Shown here: positions 54,856 to 64,000 of the stretch, piece by piece
Layout of the letters: each line of letters opens with the position of its first letter
Position numbering within the stretch: the stretch's first letter is position 1
Source: Candidatus Krumholzibacteriota bacterium
GTDB lineage: Bacteria; Krumholzibacteriota; Krumholzibacteriia; JAJRXK01
Direction: 5' to 3'
Assembly (NCBI GenBank): GCA_024276305.1
Contig: JAJRXK010000050.1
Location: 2,623 to 66,622 of the forward strand
Length of the DNA: 64,000 nt
Position numbers and translations under genes: made by a program
The notes under the pieces: generated by a model
The model's database searches: none
Told to the model about the DNA's origin: nothing
Seen by the model: the letters and a program-made list of their open reading frames with translations, nothing else

Positions 54856-56094
54856 ATGCAATGGACGATGCGTCGCCTCGCAGTTCTGATCTTCCTGATC
54901 GGCTTGGTGGCGTGCACCGCCAAGCCGGATGCTCCTGCCTTCGACAATCCCTATGATCCCAACGGTACGGGTCCCGACCCCTATGCCCTCACCGCCACCG
55001 TCTCTGCGGATTCCGTGCGGCTGCAGTGGATCGACAACAGTCAGATCGCGAGCTGGGTGGTATTTCATTCGACGGTCTCTGCCACCGAGAATTTCAATGC
55101 CATCGATCCCATCACCATCGACCGGAATACGGCCACCGGCGTCGTGACCGCGGGCCACCACGACTTTGCGCCCTCGGTGACCAACTGGTATCGGCTGCAG
55201 GCAAACATGACCAATGGGGAGATTCGTTCGATCAGTCTGGGGGCGCCGGCGATCGTGACTCCGCCCCCTCTCGTGCGTTTGGCGGGAGGCGGGAACACCA
55301 CCTCTACTCGTTTCCTGACCCTCGAAGTGCGCAATGATCTCGGAGAGATCGTGGAGTTGTCCACCTCCAGCGATTTCTCCAACCCCGTTTCCGTATCCAC
55401 CCAGCCAGGGATCCTGCAGAGCGTGGCCTTCACTCTCGATCCGGTGACGGAAGTGCCGGCCACCGCCTTCGTCCATGCCCGCAACCGGGTCGGCGGCTCG
55501 GTGGGGGTCGAGGACAGCACTCTCTTGAACCTGCGCTTCACTCCGACCTTCACCATTCTGAAGGGCCAGAGAATCACCTCGAGCGGAGCGGCGGTGGTCG
55601 ACACCGCTCTGGTCCTCGGGGTGTCCGGGAACGGGGTCATCCGGGCCCGGGTTGCAAGCTCCTCCGCGGGCCTGGCGACGGCGCTCTGGGACGACAGCCC
55701 CGATTCCATCGGATGGACTCTTTAGGCGGCCAATACCGACGCCGACACTCTCTACGCCGAAGTCGAGGGTGATCTCGGGGTGAATGTCGAGCGGAACCTG
55801 CTCTTCACGCCGGCGGTGACGGTGTCGGCGGCGACACTTCAGGTGGTGGGCGGTATCGAGACCACGGCGGATCCCCAGATCCAGCTCGTGAGCGTGGCGG
55901 ACGGCGCAGGAGAGATGGTGATCTCCGAAGATCCCGCCTTCAGCGGGACGACCTGGACGGCCTTCGCGGACACCACAACCTTCACCCTCAGCCCGGGGGC
56001 GGGGGAGAAGACGATCTTCGCGCGATATCGCAATGCCTTCGATCCGGTCGGCAGCAGTGCTCTGGTGCGGATCGTTCTGTTGGGCGGGCCGTGA
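54856..56094 (+). pseudogene. Lipoprotein with repeated Ig/FN3-like domains, interrupted by a single in-frame TAG (55723..55725)
   Basis: ATG 54856. Lipobox GLVAC. Same-frame ORFs 54820..55725 and 55780..56094. Both halves carry similar beta-domain endings (AFVHARNRVGGSVG / [14 protein letters not shown]). Reads ...SIGWTL-TAG-AANTDADTLYAEV... Confidence 0.5.
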
Positions 56095-56777
56095 TCTCTC
56101 GGTGGACCCTTCCGTGGGGGATTCTTCTCCTGGTGATCAGCGGGCGGGCTTCGGAGGTCGTCGCGGCCACCGACTACTCCCGCATCCCCCCCGAACCGAG
56201 CCGACTGGTCGTGGAATTGCAGGAATTGCCCACTTCGCTCGCCCAAGCTCTGCTGATGGCCGAAGAGGCGGTCGGGGGCAAGGCGACGAGCGTGACTTTC
56301 GAATCCGAACACCAAGAAGCACGGGTCGTGGTGGCTCGAGCAGATGGTTGGAATACCATCGTGCGTGTTCATCTCCAGCGAGGAGTGATCGTGAGCCAAG
56401 AAGACCAGGCCCGTTTTCCGGGTGAGGCGGTGACCGGTGATCCGGTAGAGACCGAGAGTGGACTGCAGTACTTCGATCTCGAGGTGGGGAGTGGGCCGAG
56501 TCCCGCGGATGATCACACCATGGTCGAGGTCCACTACAGCGGTTGGCTGACCGACGGCACCAAATTCGACAGCTCGGTGGATCGCGGCGAGACCGCGACC
56601 TTCGGTTTGAATCAGGTCATTCCCGGGTGGACCGAGGGATTGCAGGGAATGCAGGTGGGAGGACGCCGCAAGCTGGTCATTCCGGCCGAACTCGGCTACG
56701 GAGAGATGGGCGCTCCTCCGACCATTCCCCCGGGCGCCACGCTGATCTTCGACGTGGAGCTCGTCTCCTTGCCCTAG
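56091..56777 (+). CDS. FKBP-type peptidyl-prolyl cis-trans isomerase with an N-terminal PepSY-like domain
   Basis: C-terminal FKBP core [16 protein letters not shown]...[28 protein letters not shown]...[12 protein letters not shown] overlap with the upstream gene. Confidence 0.85.
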   Translation: MISRWTLPWGILLLVISGRASEVVAATDYSRIPPEPSRLVVELQELPTSLAQALLMAEEAVGGKATSVTFESEHQEARVVVARADGWNTIVRVHLQRGVIVSQEDQARFPGEAVTGDPVETESGLQYFDLEVGSGPSPADDHTMVEVHYSGWLTDGTKFDSSVDRGETATFGLNQVIPGWTEGLQGMQVGGRRKLVIPAELGYGEMGAPPTIPPGATLIFDVELVSLP

Positions 56778-56810
56778 TCGGTCCGGTCTTCAGGCGAGGG
56801 GTGGAGGAGG

Positions 56811-57899
56811 TCAGTCGCCCCGATAGCCTCCGCCACCCGGGTGTCCGTATTCCGGACCATGGATGTTCTGGATGCGGGCCGCGTATTCGAGGTCGCCGAT
56901 CGCCGTATCCCAGAGCCCGAGCCCTCGAGCGGTGACATAGCCTCCCAGATAGATGGCCAGGAGCAGAAGCGCGAAGGTCCAGACCGGCACTCGCTTGGGG
57001 CCCGCACGGAGAGTGAGGGCTTCCTGGGCCGGGCACACCGCCAGACAGTCGAGACAGCCCGTGCATTCGGCATCGCGCATGTCGATCGAAGTGGAGACGG
57101 GCAGACGGGACATGCACACTCGGTCGCAGAGGCCGCAGTTCGTGCAGCTCACGGGATCGCGTCGGATGCGCACCGGCGAGAGGCGGGAGAAGAGACCGAG
57201 GAGCGCGCCATAGGGGCAGAGATAGCGGCACCAGGCTCCCTGGACCAGCAGCGAAGCCACGACCAATCCCACGACGATTCCCAGACCGACGCCGCCCAGA
57301 TTCGCAAAGAAGAGCCCCAGTTTGACATCGGCGACGCGGTTGTAAGGGGTGTTCAGGAAGGCCCCGAGCGCCACCGCATTCATTCTCCAGATTTCGACCG
57401 CAAAGAATCCCAGGACGAAGTACTTCAATCCCCGCAAGGGGATGTCGGCCCAGGGATGGAGACGGAAATTGCGTCCGAAGAGCCGACGGCCCACCGCGGC
57501 CAGCTTCTCGGAAAGCCATCCCACCGAACAGATCCACGAGCAAAAACTCTTGCGGAGGAGCAATGCCAGGACCAAGGCCAGGACGAAGATGATCGTGGCC
57601 GCGGGATGGATGTCGTTCAGGGTTCCGGTGAGCCACCAGTGCTTGAGTCCCATGGCCCCGCTGATGGGCAGGAAACTCTCGACTCCGGCGGGACGGTCGG
57701 GCAGGGGAAAGCTTCCGGTGGCCGCGGCCCGGACGAATCGGTAGAACATCACCCCGATGACCACGCTCACCCCGAGGAATGCGGTGTGGATGAGGTTGCG
57801 CAGACGCCAGCTGCGGTGGGCCTTTCGGCCGGTGGGCTGGAGCAGCCAGCTGCGGAGGCGATGGAGATGCGGAGCGGCAAGGGAGCTCGCGACATTCAT
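56811..57899 (-). CDS. Polytopic membrane 4Fe-4S ferredoxin-type protein (NapH/MauN/YccM-like)
   Basis: Several TM segments. CRYLCPYG, CTNCGLCDRVC and CTGCLDCLAVCP cluster motifs. Confidence 0.75.
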   Translation of the reverse strand: MNVASSLAAPHLHRLRSWLLQPTGRKAHRSWRLRNLIHTAFLGVSVVIGVMFYRFVRAAATGSFPLPDRPAGVESFLPISGAMGLKHWWLTGTLNDIHPAATIIFVLALVLALLLRKSFCSWICSVGWLSEKLAAVGRRLFGRNFRLHPWADIPLRGLKYFVLGFFAVEIWRMNAVALGAFLNTPYNRVADVKLGLFFANLGGVGLGIVVGLVVASLLVQGAWCRYLCPYGALLGLFSRLSPVRIRRDPVSCTNCGLCDRVCMSRLPVSTSIDMRDAECTGCLDCLAVCPAQEALTLRAGPKRVPVWTFALLLLAIYLGGYVTARGLGLWDTAIGDLEYAARIQNIHGPEYGHPGGGGYRGD

Positions 57900-58062
57900 G
57901 GTTGGACTCCTGTTCTCGGCCTGAGCCGAGCCCTTTGATCCTGGGTGTGGAATCAGCTTAGGAACAGGTCGGAGGGGAGGCGAGGCCGATGCATTGCGAT
58001 TCCGTGAGGGGACCCCGGTCCATCACAGGAGGTAGGCGAATAGGACGGCAGGAGTCCGACTT

Positions 58063-58089
58063 CTCTCGGCCCTGCTTCGGGGCCGAGAG
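58063..58089. other. Strong stem-loop in the divergent intergenic region
   Basis: CTCTCGGCCC-TGCTTCG-GGGCCGAGAG (perfect 10 bp) with no U-tract on either side. About 160 nt upstream of the tricorn-like protease start and of the divergent 4Fe-4S gene start. Confidence 0.4.
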
Positions 58090-58245
58090 GGCTCTTCACC
58101 CCGAGGTCGCCGGATTCTGGCTGGCCCCCGAGGCGGTCCGGTGCAACTCTGACTCTCCCATATTCGTATGCGGCGGGTTCGATCTCGTCGTCTCGACTTC
58201 GTTCGATCTTCGGGCCTGTTCTCTCCCCTTTTGCTTGGAGCCCTC

Positions 58246-61200
58246 ATGAGCACATGGAAGGTCCTCGCCCCGCGGGGGGCTGCGCCGTGGTTGCGTCCTG
58301 CCCTCGTCTCTCTTCTGTTGGCGGTTCTGGGGATGGGATCGACTCCCTCCGCGGAGGCCGGCATTCGTCCCCACGGGGGGATGCTCCGCTACCCGGCCAT
58401 CAGTGCCGAATCCATCGCCTTCGTCTATGCCGATGACATTTGGGTCGTGGACCGCGAGGGTGGAGTAGCTCGGCCCCTGGCCAGCCCTGCCGGCCCCGAA
58501 GAGCGGCCGCGTTTCAGCCCGGATGGTTCACGGATTGCCTTCGAGGGAGACTACGACGGGGGAACGGATCTCTACGTGGTTCCCACTGCGGGGGGAGTGG
58601 CCCGCCGGGTGACCTTCCACCCCGCCGCCGAGGAGTTGATGCAATGGACCGCAGACAACCGCCTGCTCTTCGCCAGTGGAGCGCAGGGAGGTCCCAAGGC
58701 GAATCACCAGCTCTACACCGTATCCCCCGAGGGCGGGATGCCGGAACGTCTCCCCCTGGTCTATGCGCGCAATGGGCGTTTGAGTGCCGACGGACGCAAG
58801 GTGGCCTTCACGCCTCACAGTCGTGATCATCGCAGCTGGAAGCGTTATCGCGGAGGCATGGCCACCGACATCTGGGTCTACGATCTTCGCAAGGGAACGG
58901 CCGAAAAGATCACCGACTGGGAGGGAACGGACACCGAACCGATGTGGATCGGATCGAGGGTGTACTACCTCAGCGACCAGGGCTCGGAGCACCGCTGGAA
59001 TCTCTGGGTCTACGACACCAAGAGCGGTGAACGCCGGCAGGTGACTCGTTTCGCGGACTTCGATGTGAAGTATCCCTCGGTAGGGCCCGGACTTCACGGC
59101 AAGGGCGAGATCATCTTTCAGAAGGGTTCGGCCATTCACGTGCTCGACGTGCAGTCGGGGCGAGTGCGGCAGATCGAGGTGACCATTCCCGGGGATCGTC
59201 CCACTCTCAGAACCCGGGAGAAGAAGGTCGCAGGGCAGATCTTCAGTTGGGGCCTTTCGGCCACCGGAAAGCGGCTTCTGCTGGGCGCACGGGGCGATGT
59301 GTGGTCGCTTCCGGCGGAGCACGGACCGGCGATCAATCACACCCGCAGCGGCGGGGTCGCCGATCGTCGGCCCGCGTGGAGCCCCGATGGCCGGTGGATC
59401 GCGTGGTTCTCCGATCGCAGTGGAGAGTACGAAATCTGGATTCAACAGTCCGATGGCAAGGGCGAAGCCCGGCAGCTGGGAAAGTTCGGTGCCCCGTTCA
59501 AGACGCGTCTTCTGTGGTCCCCGGACTCGAAGACCATCGCCTACGCCGACAAGTCGGGAGCGGTGTACTTGGTCGACGTCGAGAGTTCCAAACGCGAACT
59601 GGTCTTTCGCGACTACTGGGGAAGCGGCAATTCCATGAGCTGGTCCCACGACGCGAAGTGGCTCGCGCACGGGGCCGGACTGCCGAACGGTCAAACGGCG
59701 CTCTTTCTCTACGACGTCGTGAATCAGGAGGATCATCAGGTCACCAGCGGGATGTTCAACGACACCAGCGTGACCTTCGACCGCAAGGGAGACTTCCTCT
59801 ACTACGTCTCCCAGAGGGATTTCTCCAGTCCCACCTATGAGGACGTGGGCACCACCTTCGTCTACGACGGAACCGGAGTGATCCTGATGGTGCCGCTGCG
59901 AGAGGAGGTCGAGATCCCGGGCGGTCTGAAGGAAGACCTCGAAAAATGGGAGGACGACGGCGATTCGCAGGCGGAGGAGGGTGAGTCGGAGGACGAAGAA
60001 GGCAAGGACGAGAGTGCCGACGACTCTGCGACGAAGGACGGATCGGAGGAGGATGAGGCCGAATCCGAAGCACCGTTGCAGATCGACCTCGAGGGGTTCG
60101 AAGGACGGGCTCTGGCTCTCGACATCGACCACGGGAATCTGGGCGGTCTCTCGGTGAATGATTCCGGGGCGCTCGTCTATCTGCGGGCCGGAGACACTCC
60201 GATGCTGCAGCTCTTCGATCCCGCGGCCGAAGAGCCCGAGGAGAAGACCATCATTTCCGGCTTCGGGAACTACGCGATCTCCGCCGACGGCAAGAAGATC
60301 GCATTGCGGCGGAGGAGCACCTTCTCGATCGTCGACGCTGCCGCCGACCAGGACTTCGACGGCGGGATTTCGGCCGAGGGGCTGTCCACCCGGGTCGACC
60401 CTCGCGAGGAATGGGCACAGATCTTCCAGGATGCATGGCGGCTGATGCGAGACTTCTTCTACGATCCGAACATGCACGGGGTGGACTGGAAGGGAGTTCG
60501 CAAGCAATACGCGGCGATGCTCGACGATTGCAGCTCCCGCGCGGATCTGCTCTACGTCCTGCGAGAGATGGTCTCCGAACTCAATGTGGGCCACGCCTAC
60601 AATTTCGGCGGCGACATCGCGCGGGGTCCGCGGGCCAACATCGGTCTGCTCGGGGTGGACTTCGTGATGGAGAACGGAGCCTATCGCATCGCGAAAATCC
60701 ACTCCGGCGCGGATTGGGACAGCGATGCTCGCAGCGTCTTCGCCCGAGCGGGAGTCCAGGTCCACGAAGGAGACTATGTGCTGGCCGTCAACGGAGTTCG
60801 GATCGACCCGAAGCTCTCGGTCTATGCCGCCTTCGTGGGAACCGCCAAGCAGACCACCCGGCTGACGGTGGGACCCAATCCCGAGATCGACGAGGAAGCG
60901 CGCGATGTTCTCGTCGAGCCGCTCTCCTCGGAATTCGGGCTGCGCTACCGAGAGTGGATCGAGGCGGCCCGGGCCTATGTGGATCAGAAATCCAACGGAA
61001 GAGTAGGCTACATCTATGTTCCGGATACCGGAGTGAACGGGCAGAACGACCTCTTCCGCCAGTTCTACGGGCAGCGGGGCCGGGACGCCCTCATCATCGA
61101 CGAGCGTTGGAATGGAGGCGGACAGATCCCCACGCGCTTCATCGAACTCCTCAACCGTCCGGTGACCAACTACTGGGCCATCCGCGACGGCGAGACCAAG

Positions 61201-61632
61201 ATCTTCCCCTGGCCGGCCGACAGTCACCAGGGGCCGAAGTGCATGCTCATCAATGGTCTCGCGGGATCGGGGGGCGACGCCTTCCCCGCCTACTTCCGGC
61301 AGGCGGGGCTCGGGCCTTTGATCGGGGAGCGGACCTGGGGAGGACTCGTCGGCTTCTCCGGAGGACCGCCGCTCATCGACGGTGCATTCCTGAGCGAACC
61401 TTCCTTCGCCTACTTCGAGAAGGACGGCACCTGGGGCATCGAGGGGCACGGTGTGGATCCGGACATCGAGGTGGTGGCCGACCCCGCCCTGCTGGCGAAA
61501 GGAGTCGATCCGCAGCTCGACCGCGCCATCGAGGAAATGCTCTCCCAGCTCGAAGCCCACCCGCCGGTGCGGCCCCAGCTGCCGCGCTACCCCGATCGCA
61601 GCGGGATGGGAATCCCCGAGGAGGATCACTGA
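58246..61632 (+). CDS. Tricorn-protease-like S41 peptidase (beta-propellers, PDZ, C-terminal S41 catalytic domain)
   Basis: ATG 58246 with signal peptide. TolB/WD40-like repeats (RFSPDGSRIAF, AWSPDGRWIAWFSD, LWSPDSKTIAY). C-terminal LINGLAGSGGDAFP (Ser nucleophile context). Confidence 0.8.
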   Translation: MSTWKVLAPRGAAPWLRPALVSLLLAVLGMGSTPSAEAGIRPHGGMLRYPAISAESIAFVYADDIWVVDREGGVARPLASPAGPEERPRFSPDGSRIAFEGDYDGGTDLYVVPTAGGVARRVTFHPAAEELMQWTADNRLLFASGAQGGPKANHQLYTVSPEGGMPERLPLVYARNGRLSADGRKVAFTPHSRDHRSWKRYRGGMATDIWVYDLRKGTAEKITDWEGTDTEPMWIGSRVYYLSDQGSEHRWNLWVYDTKSGERRQVTRFADFDVKYPSVGPGLHGKGEIIFQKGSAIHVLDVQSGRVRQIEVTIPGDRPTLRTREKKVAGQIFSWGLSATGKRLLLGARGDVWSLPAEHGPAINHTRSGGVADRRPAWSPDGRWIAWFSDRSGEYEIWIQQSDGKGEARQLGKFGAPFKTRLLWSPDSKTIAYADKSGAVYLVDVESSKRELVFRDYWGSGNSMSWSHDAKWLAHGAGLPNGQTALFLYDVVNQEDHQVTSGMFNDTSVTFDRKGDFLYYVSQRDFSSPTYEDVGTTFVYDGTGVILMVPLREEVEIPGGLKEDLEKWEDDGDSQAEEGESEDEEGKDESADDSATKDGSEEDEAESEAPLQIDLEGFEGRALALDIDHGNLGGLSVNDSGALVYLRAGDTPMLQLFDPAAEEPEEKTIISGFGNYAISADGKKIALRRRSTFSIVDAAADQDFDGGISAEGLSTRVDPREEWAQIFQDAWRLMRDFFYDPNMHGVDWKGVRKQYAAMLDDCSSRADLLYVLREMVSELNVGHAYNFGGDIARGPRANIGLLGVDFVMENGAYRIAKIHSGADWDSDARSVFARAGVQVHEGDYVLAVNGVRIDPKLSVYAAFVGTAKQTTRLTVGPNPEIDEEARDVLVEPLSSEFGLRYREWIEAARAYVDQKSNGRVGYIYVPDTGVNGQNDLFRQFYGQRGRDALIIDERWNGGGQIPTRFIELLNRPVTNYWAIRDGETKIFPWPADSHQGPKCMLINGLAGSGGDAFPAYFRQAGLGPLIGERTWGGLVGFSGGPPLIDGAFLSEPSFAYFEKDGTWGIEGHGVDPDIEVVADPALLAKGVDPQLDRAIEEMLSQLEAHPPVRPQLPRYPDRSGMGIPEEDH

Positions 61633-61760
61633 GGGGGAGTTCACCCGGGGTTGGCCTTTCTGCTAGACTGGCTTTCAGATCTGCGTCCACGGTTCGGCAG
61701 GGGAGAGGGCTCCTCTGCCGGCCCAACGCTCGGTGCCACCTTCTCATCCCCGGGAGAATC

Positions 61761-63119
61761 ATGGTCTACCGTCGCCGCGGAGCGGGGAGCAGTTTCGGCT
61801 CCGGGCTCCTGTCGATTCTGATGCCGGCTGCGATCCTCGTGGGGATCGGGGCCTGTTCCAACGGTCCCTCTTCCGATCCCGAGGCTGAACTGACCGCACG
61901 GTTGCGAGCGGAGCTTCCTCTGTTCGAAACGCCTGCGAAGATCCCCTATCCCGAGGACAACCCTCCTCTCTCCGGCCGCATCGCCTTGGGGCGGCTCCTC
62001 TTCTTCGATCCCCTTCTCTCCGGGGACGATGACGTTGCCTGTGCGACCTGTCACCATCCGGCCTTTGCCTGGGCCGATGGTCGCGATGTGTCCATCGGCG
62101 TGGGGGGAGTGGGGATCGGTCCGGATCGGGTCCGTGGACTGACGGGCGCTCCCACCGAATTCACCACTCCCCGGAACTCGCCCACCATCCTCGACGCGGC
62201 CTTCAATCGGCCCTTTCTCGGGGATGGGCCCAGCGAGGGTCGGATGTTCTGGGACGGGCGGACGTCGAGCCTCGAACTCCAGGCCCAAGCGCCGATCCGC
62301 AGCCGCGACGAAATGCGCCACGATGCCTACACCGCCCCCGAAGCGCTGCTGCGGGTTCTCGAGGATCTTCGTTCGGTCCCCGAATACCTGAGCCTCTTCA
62401 CCGCGGCCTTCCCGGAGGATGCGGCCGAGGTGCTGCGCCGTTTCGGTCCGGGAAACGAGGCGCTGGTGATCAATGGGAGCACCTACTCCCGGGCCCTCGC
62501 GGCCTACGAGCGGGAGCTGTGCACGATGGACTCTCCCTTCGACCGTTTCGTACGGGGCGATGACGCTGCGCTGAGCCATTCGCAGAAGCGGGGCCTCGAC
62601 CTCTTCTTCCGCAGTGGCTGCGGGGAGTGTCACAGTGGGCCCATGTTCAGCGACTACGAATTCCACGTCCTCGGGGTCAAGCAGGGGGGAGCGGGCAAGC
62701 CCCCCCTACACGAGGACGGCGACGGCACCGATCTCGGACGCTACCTCGAGTCGGGAGCGGAGCAGGACCGCTATGCCTTCCGCACTCCCACTCTGCGCAA
62801 TGTCGCGCTCACCGCGCCCTACTTTCACACCGGGGGAGTGGGATTCTCCCCGGGATATGCCGACCTGCGCGCGGTGATCGACTTTCATCGGAGAGGGGGC
62901 AACGACGAAGGATTGGCTCCTTCCGAAGTCGACCCTCTGCTGCGGCAGGTCGAACTGAGCGAAGAGGATGTGCTGGACCTGGTGGCCTTCCTCGAGAGCC
63001 TGAGCGCGGAGCGTCTGCGCAGCGACCTGGTGGACCCGACGGTTCCCACCACGGTACCCAGCGGTCTGACTCCGCCCCCGGTCCTGCCGCCCGCACTGAC
63101 CAACGACTTCGGAGGGTGA
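61761..63119 (+). CDS. Dihaem cytochrome c peroxidase (CCP/MauG family) lipoprotein
   Basis: ATG 61761. Lipobox GIGAC. Haem motifs CATCH and CGECH. PTLRNV motif. The track ORF extension back to 60411 overlaps the protease gene and is rejected. Confidence 0.85.
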   Translation: MVYRRRGAGSSFGSGLLSILMPAAILVGIGACSNGPSSDPEAELTARLRAELPLFETPAKIPYPEDNPPLSGRIALGRLLFFDPLLSGDDDVACATCHHPAFAWADGRDVSIGVGGVGIGPDRVRGLTGAPTEFTTPRNSPTILDAAFNRPFLGDGPSEGRMFWDGRTSSLELQAQAPIRSRDEMRHDAYTAPEALLRVLEDLRSVPEYLSLFTAAFPEDAAEVLRRFGPGNEALVINGSTYSRALAAYERELCTMDSPFDRFVRGDDAALSHSQKRGLDLFFRSGCGECHSGPMFSDYEFHVLGVKQGGAGKPPLHEDGDGTDLGRYLESGAEQDRYAFRTPTLRNVALTAPYFHTGGVGFSPGYADLRAVIDFHRRGGNDEGLAPSEVDPLLRQVELSEEDVLDLVAFLESLSAERLRSDLVDPTVPTTVPSGLTPPPVLPPALTNDFGG

Positions 63120-63208
63120 GAGCTCAACGAAGAAGCCTTCGCCGACTTCGCCCGAGCGTGGCAGGCAGCGATGGCGCGGGTGCTGCGCTCCGCGGAGGTC
63201 GAGGATCC

Positions 63209-64000
63209 TCAGTAGCCCGCGGCCTGTCCGTCTTTGCGTGATTCGCTGGCCCCGACGAGGACGCCGGTGTCGGGGTCGAGCAGGATGGCTTGGTATCCGC
63301 CGTAGGGACCGTGGGAGAACTGCACCCGGTGGCCCCGCATCATGAGTGCGCGGACGGTCTCGTAGTCGAAGCCGCTTTCGAGGGTGACGATGCCTCCATC
63401 TTCCATCCGTTCTCCGGTGGGCTGAGAGGAGCCCTGGTGACGGATGCGGGGAGCGTCGCCGGCCTCCTGCAGGTTCATGCCGAAGTCCACGAGGTTCATC
63501 ACGATCTGCGCGTGGCCCTGGGGCTGCATCGCTCCTCCCATCACTCCGAAGCTCACCCAGGGTCGACCGTTCTTGGTGAGAAAGGCGGGAATGATGGTGT
63601 GGAAGGGGCGTTTGCCCGGCTCGTAGCTATTGCACTGATCGGCCTCGAGAGAGAAGAGTTCGCCGCGGTCCTGGAGGACGAAGCCCAGACCGGGGGGGGT
63701 CATCCCGCTGCCCATCCCGCGGTAATTGCTCTGGATGAGCGAGACCATCCATCCTTCCTCGTCGGCGGTGGTGAGGTAGACGGTGTCCCCCTCTTCGAGG
63801 CCGGGATTCCCGGCCGCCAGGCGTCGTGAAGCACGGTCGCCGATCCGCTGTCGCCTCTGGGCCGCATAGTCCTTGGAGATGAGCTCGTCGAGGGGGACGT
63901 CACAGAATGCGGGATCGCCGTAGAACTTGGCCCGGTCTTCGAAGGCGAGCTTCTTGGCCTCGATGAAGAGGTGGAGGTGTTCGGGGCTGCCGAAGTCGAT
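63209..64000 (-). CDS. ggt: Gamma-glutamyltransferase, 3' part (gene continues past the window edge)
   Basis: My manual translation shows the frame is open from 63748 to 64000 (...GDTVYLTTADEEGWMVSLIQSNY...). Nucleophile Thr region and small-subunit motifs GVMGGAMQPQGH. Stop at 63209. Confidence 0.85.
   Translation of the reverse strand: MDFGSPEHLHLFIEAKKLAFEDRAKFYGDPAFCDVPLDELISKDYAAQRRQRIGDRASRRLAAGNPGLEEGDTVYLTTADEEGWMVSLIQSNYRGMGSGMTPPGLGFVLQDRGELFSLEADQCNSYEPGKRPFHTIIPAFLTKNGRPWVSFGVMGGAMQPQGHAQIVMNLVDFGMNLQEAGDAPRIRHQGSSQPTGERMEDGGIVTLESGFDYETVRALMMRGHRVQFSHGPYGGYQAILLDPDTGVLVGASESRKDGQAAGY

Noticed and set aside
60411-61760. 5' extension of the ORF 60411..63119(+) into the tricorn-like protease gene.
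   Set aside because: It is an alternate frame of a motif-rich gene. The peroxidase has an ATG at 61761 with a lipoprotein signal right after the protease stop.
1-64000. Genetic-code reassignment (for example TGA or TAG as sense) as the explanation for the in-frame stops.
   Set aside because: All three stop codons are involved, and each also ends well-defined genes at positions consistent with their families. Examples are TGA for accD, lptD and tsaE; TAG for the FKBP and acylase genes; and TAA for alr.
1-64000. CRISPR arrays, IS elements, integrases, prophage, toxin-antitoxin or known defence systems.
   Set aside because: I saw no direct-repeat/spacer periodicity, no transposase, integrase or recombinase motifs, and no nuclease/ATPase/methylase cassettes. 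The gene content is core metabolism, envelope and regulation. The only extra repeat-like element is the internal Fur duplication within one gene.

Overview
GC-rich bacterial chromosomal segment. Third codon positions are strongly G/C and all six frames stay open for long stretches, so many ORFs in the supplied track are antisense or alternate-frame artefacts. I can support about 50 protein genes, tightly packed, many with 1-4 nt start/stop overlaps (ATGA, GTGA). In order they are: a PorY/PorX-like two-component pair with tsaE-tsaB-rimI; accD-folC-ROK kinase; a large lptD; HU; a periplasmic multihaem cytochrome fusion; a DnaQ-like exonuclease; a Cys/Met PLP enzyme; two small zinc-ribbon proteins; a 1410-aa sigma-54 activator followed by a sigma-54 promoter and a hybrid kinase/receiver; a single-chain tandem Fur; alr; alaX; HAD and alpha/beta hydrolases; DUF547; an M1 aminopeptidase with a T9SS/FlgD-Ig type C-terminal domain; an S1 protein; pyruvoyl arginine decarboxylase; TetR-TolC-MFP-RND-penicillin/AHL-acylase; a DUF3524 (GTDC1-like) glycosyltransferase; mdh; xth; arcA; PEGA, Ig-like and FKBP envelope proteins; a 4Fe-4S membrane protein; a tricorn-like protease; cytochrome c peroxidase; and a partial ggt. 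I found no rRNA or tRNA, no CRISPR array, no transposase or integrase, and no recognisable defence island. As inference only, PorX plus T9SS-type cargo in a high-GC genome suggests an FCB-related lineage such as Gemmatimonadota or a sister candidate phylum. The strongest anomaly is that four otherwise intact genes are each interrupted by exactly one in-frame stop (TGA 12501, TAG 30075, TAA 52483, TAG 55723), with no frameshifts anywhere. The TGA case has features of a selenocysteine site. Other leads are the covalently fused Fur pseudo-dimer, the sigma-54 regulatory module, the acylase translationally coupled to an RND pump, and the GTDC1-like glycosyltransferase. I could not identify a clearly novel multi-gene system. 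All findings are leads that need database and read-level checks I cannot run here.
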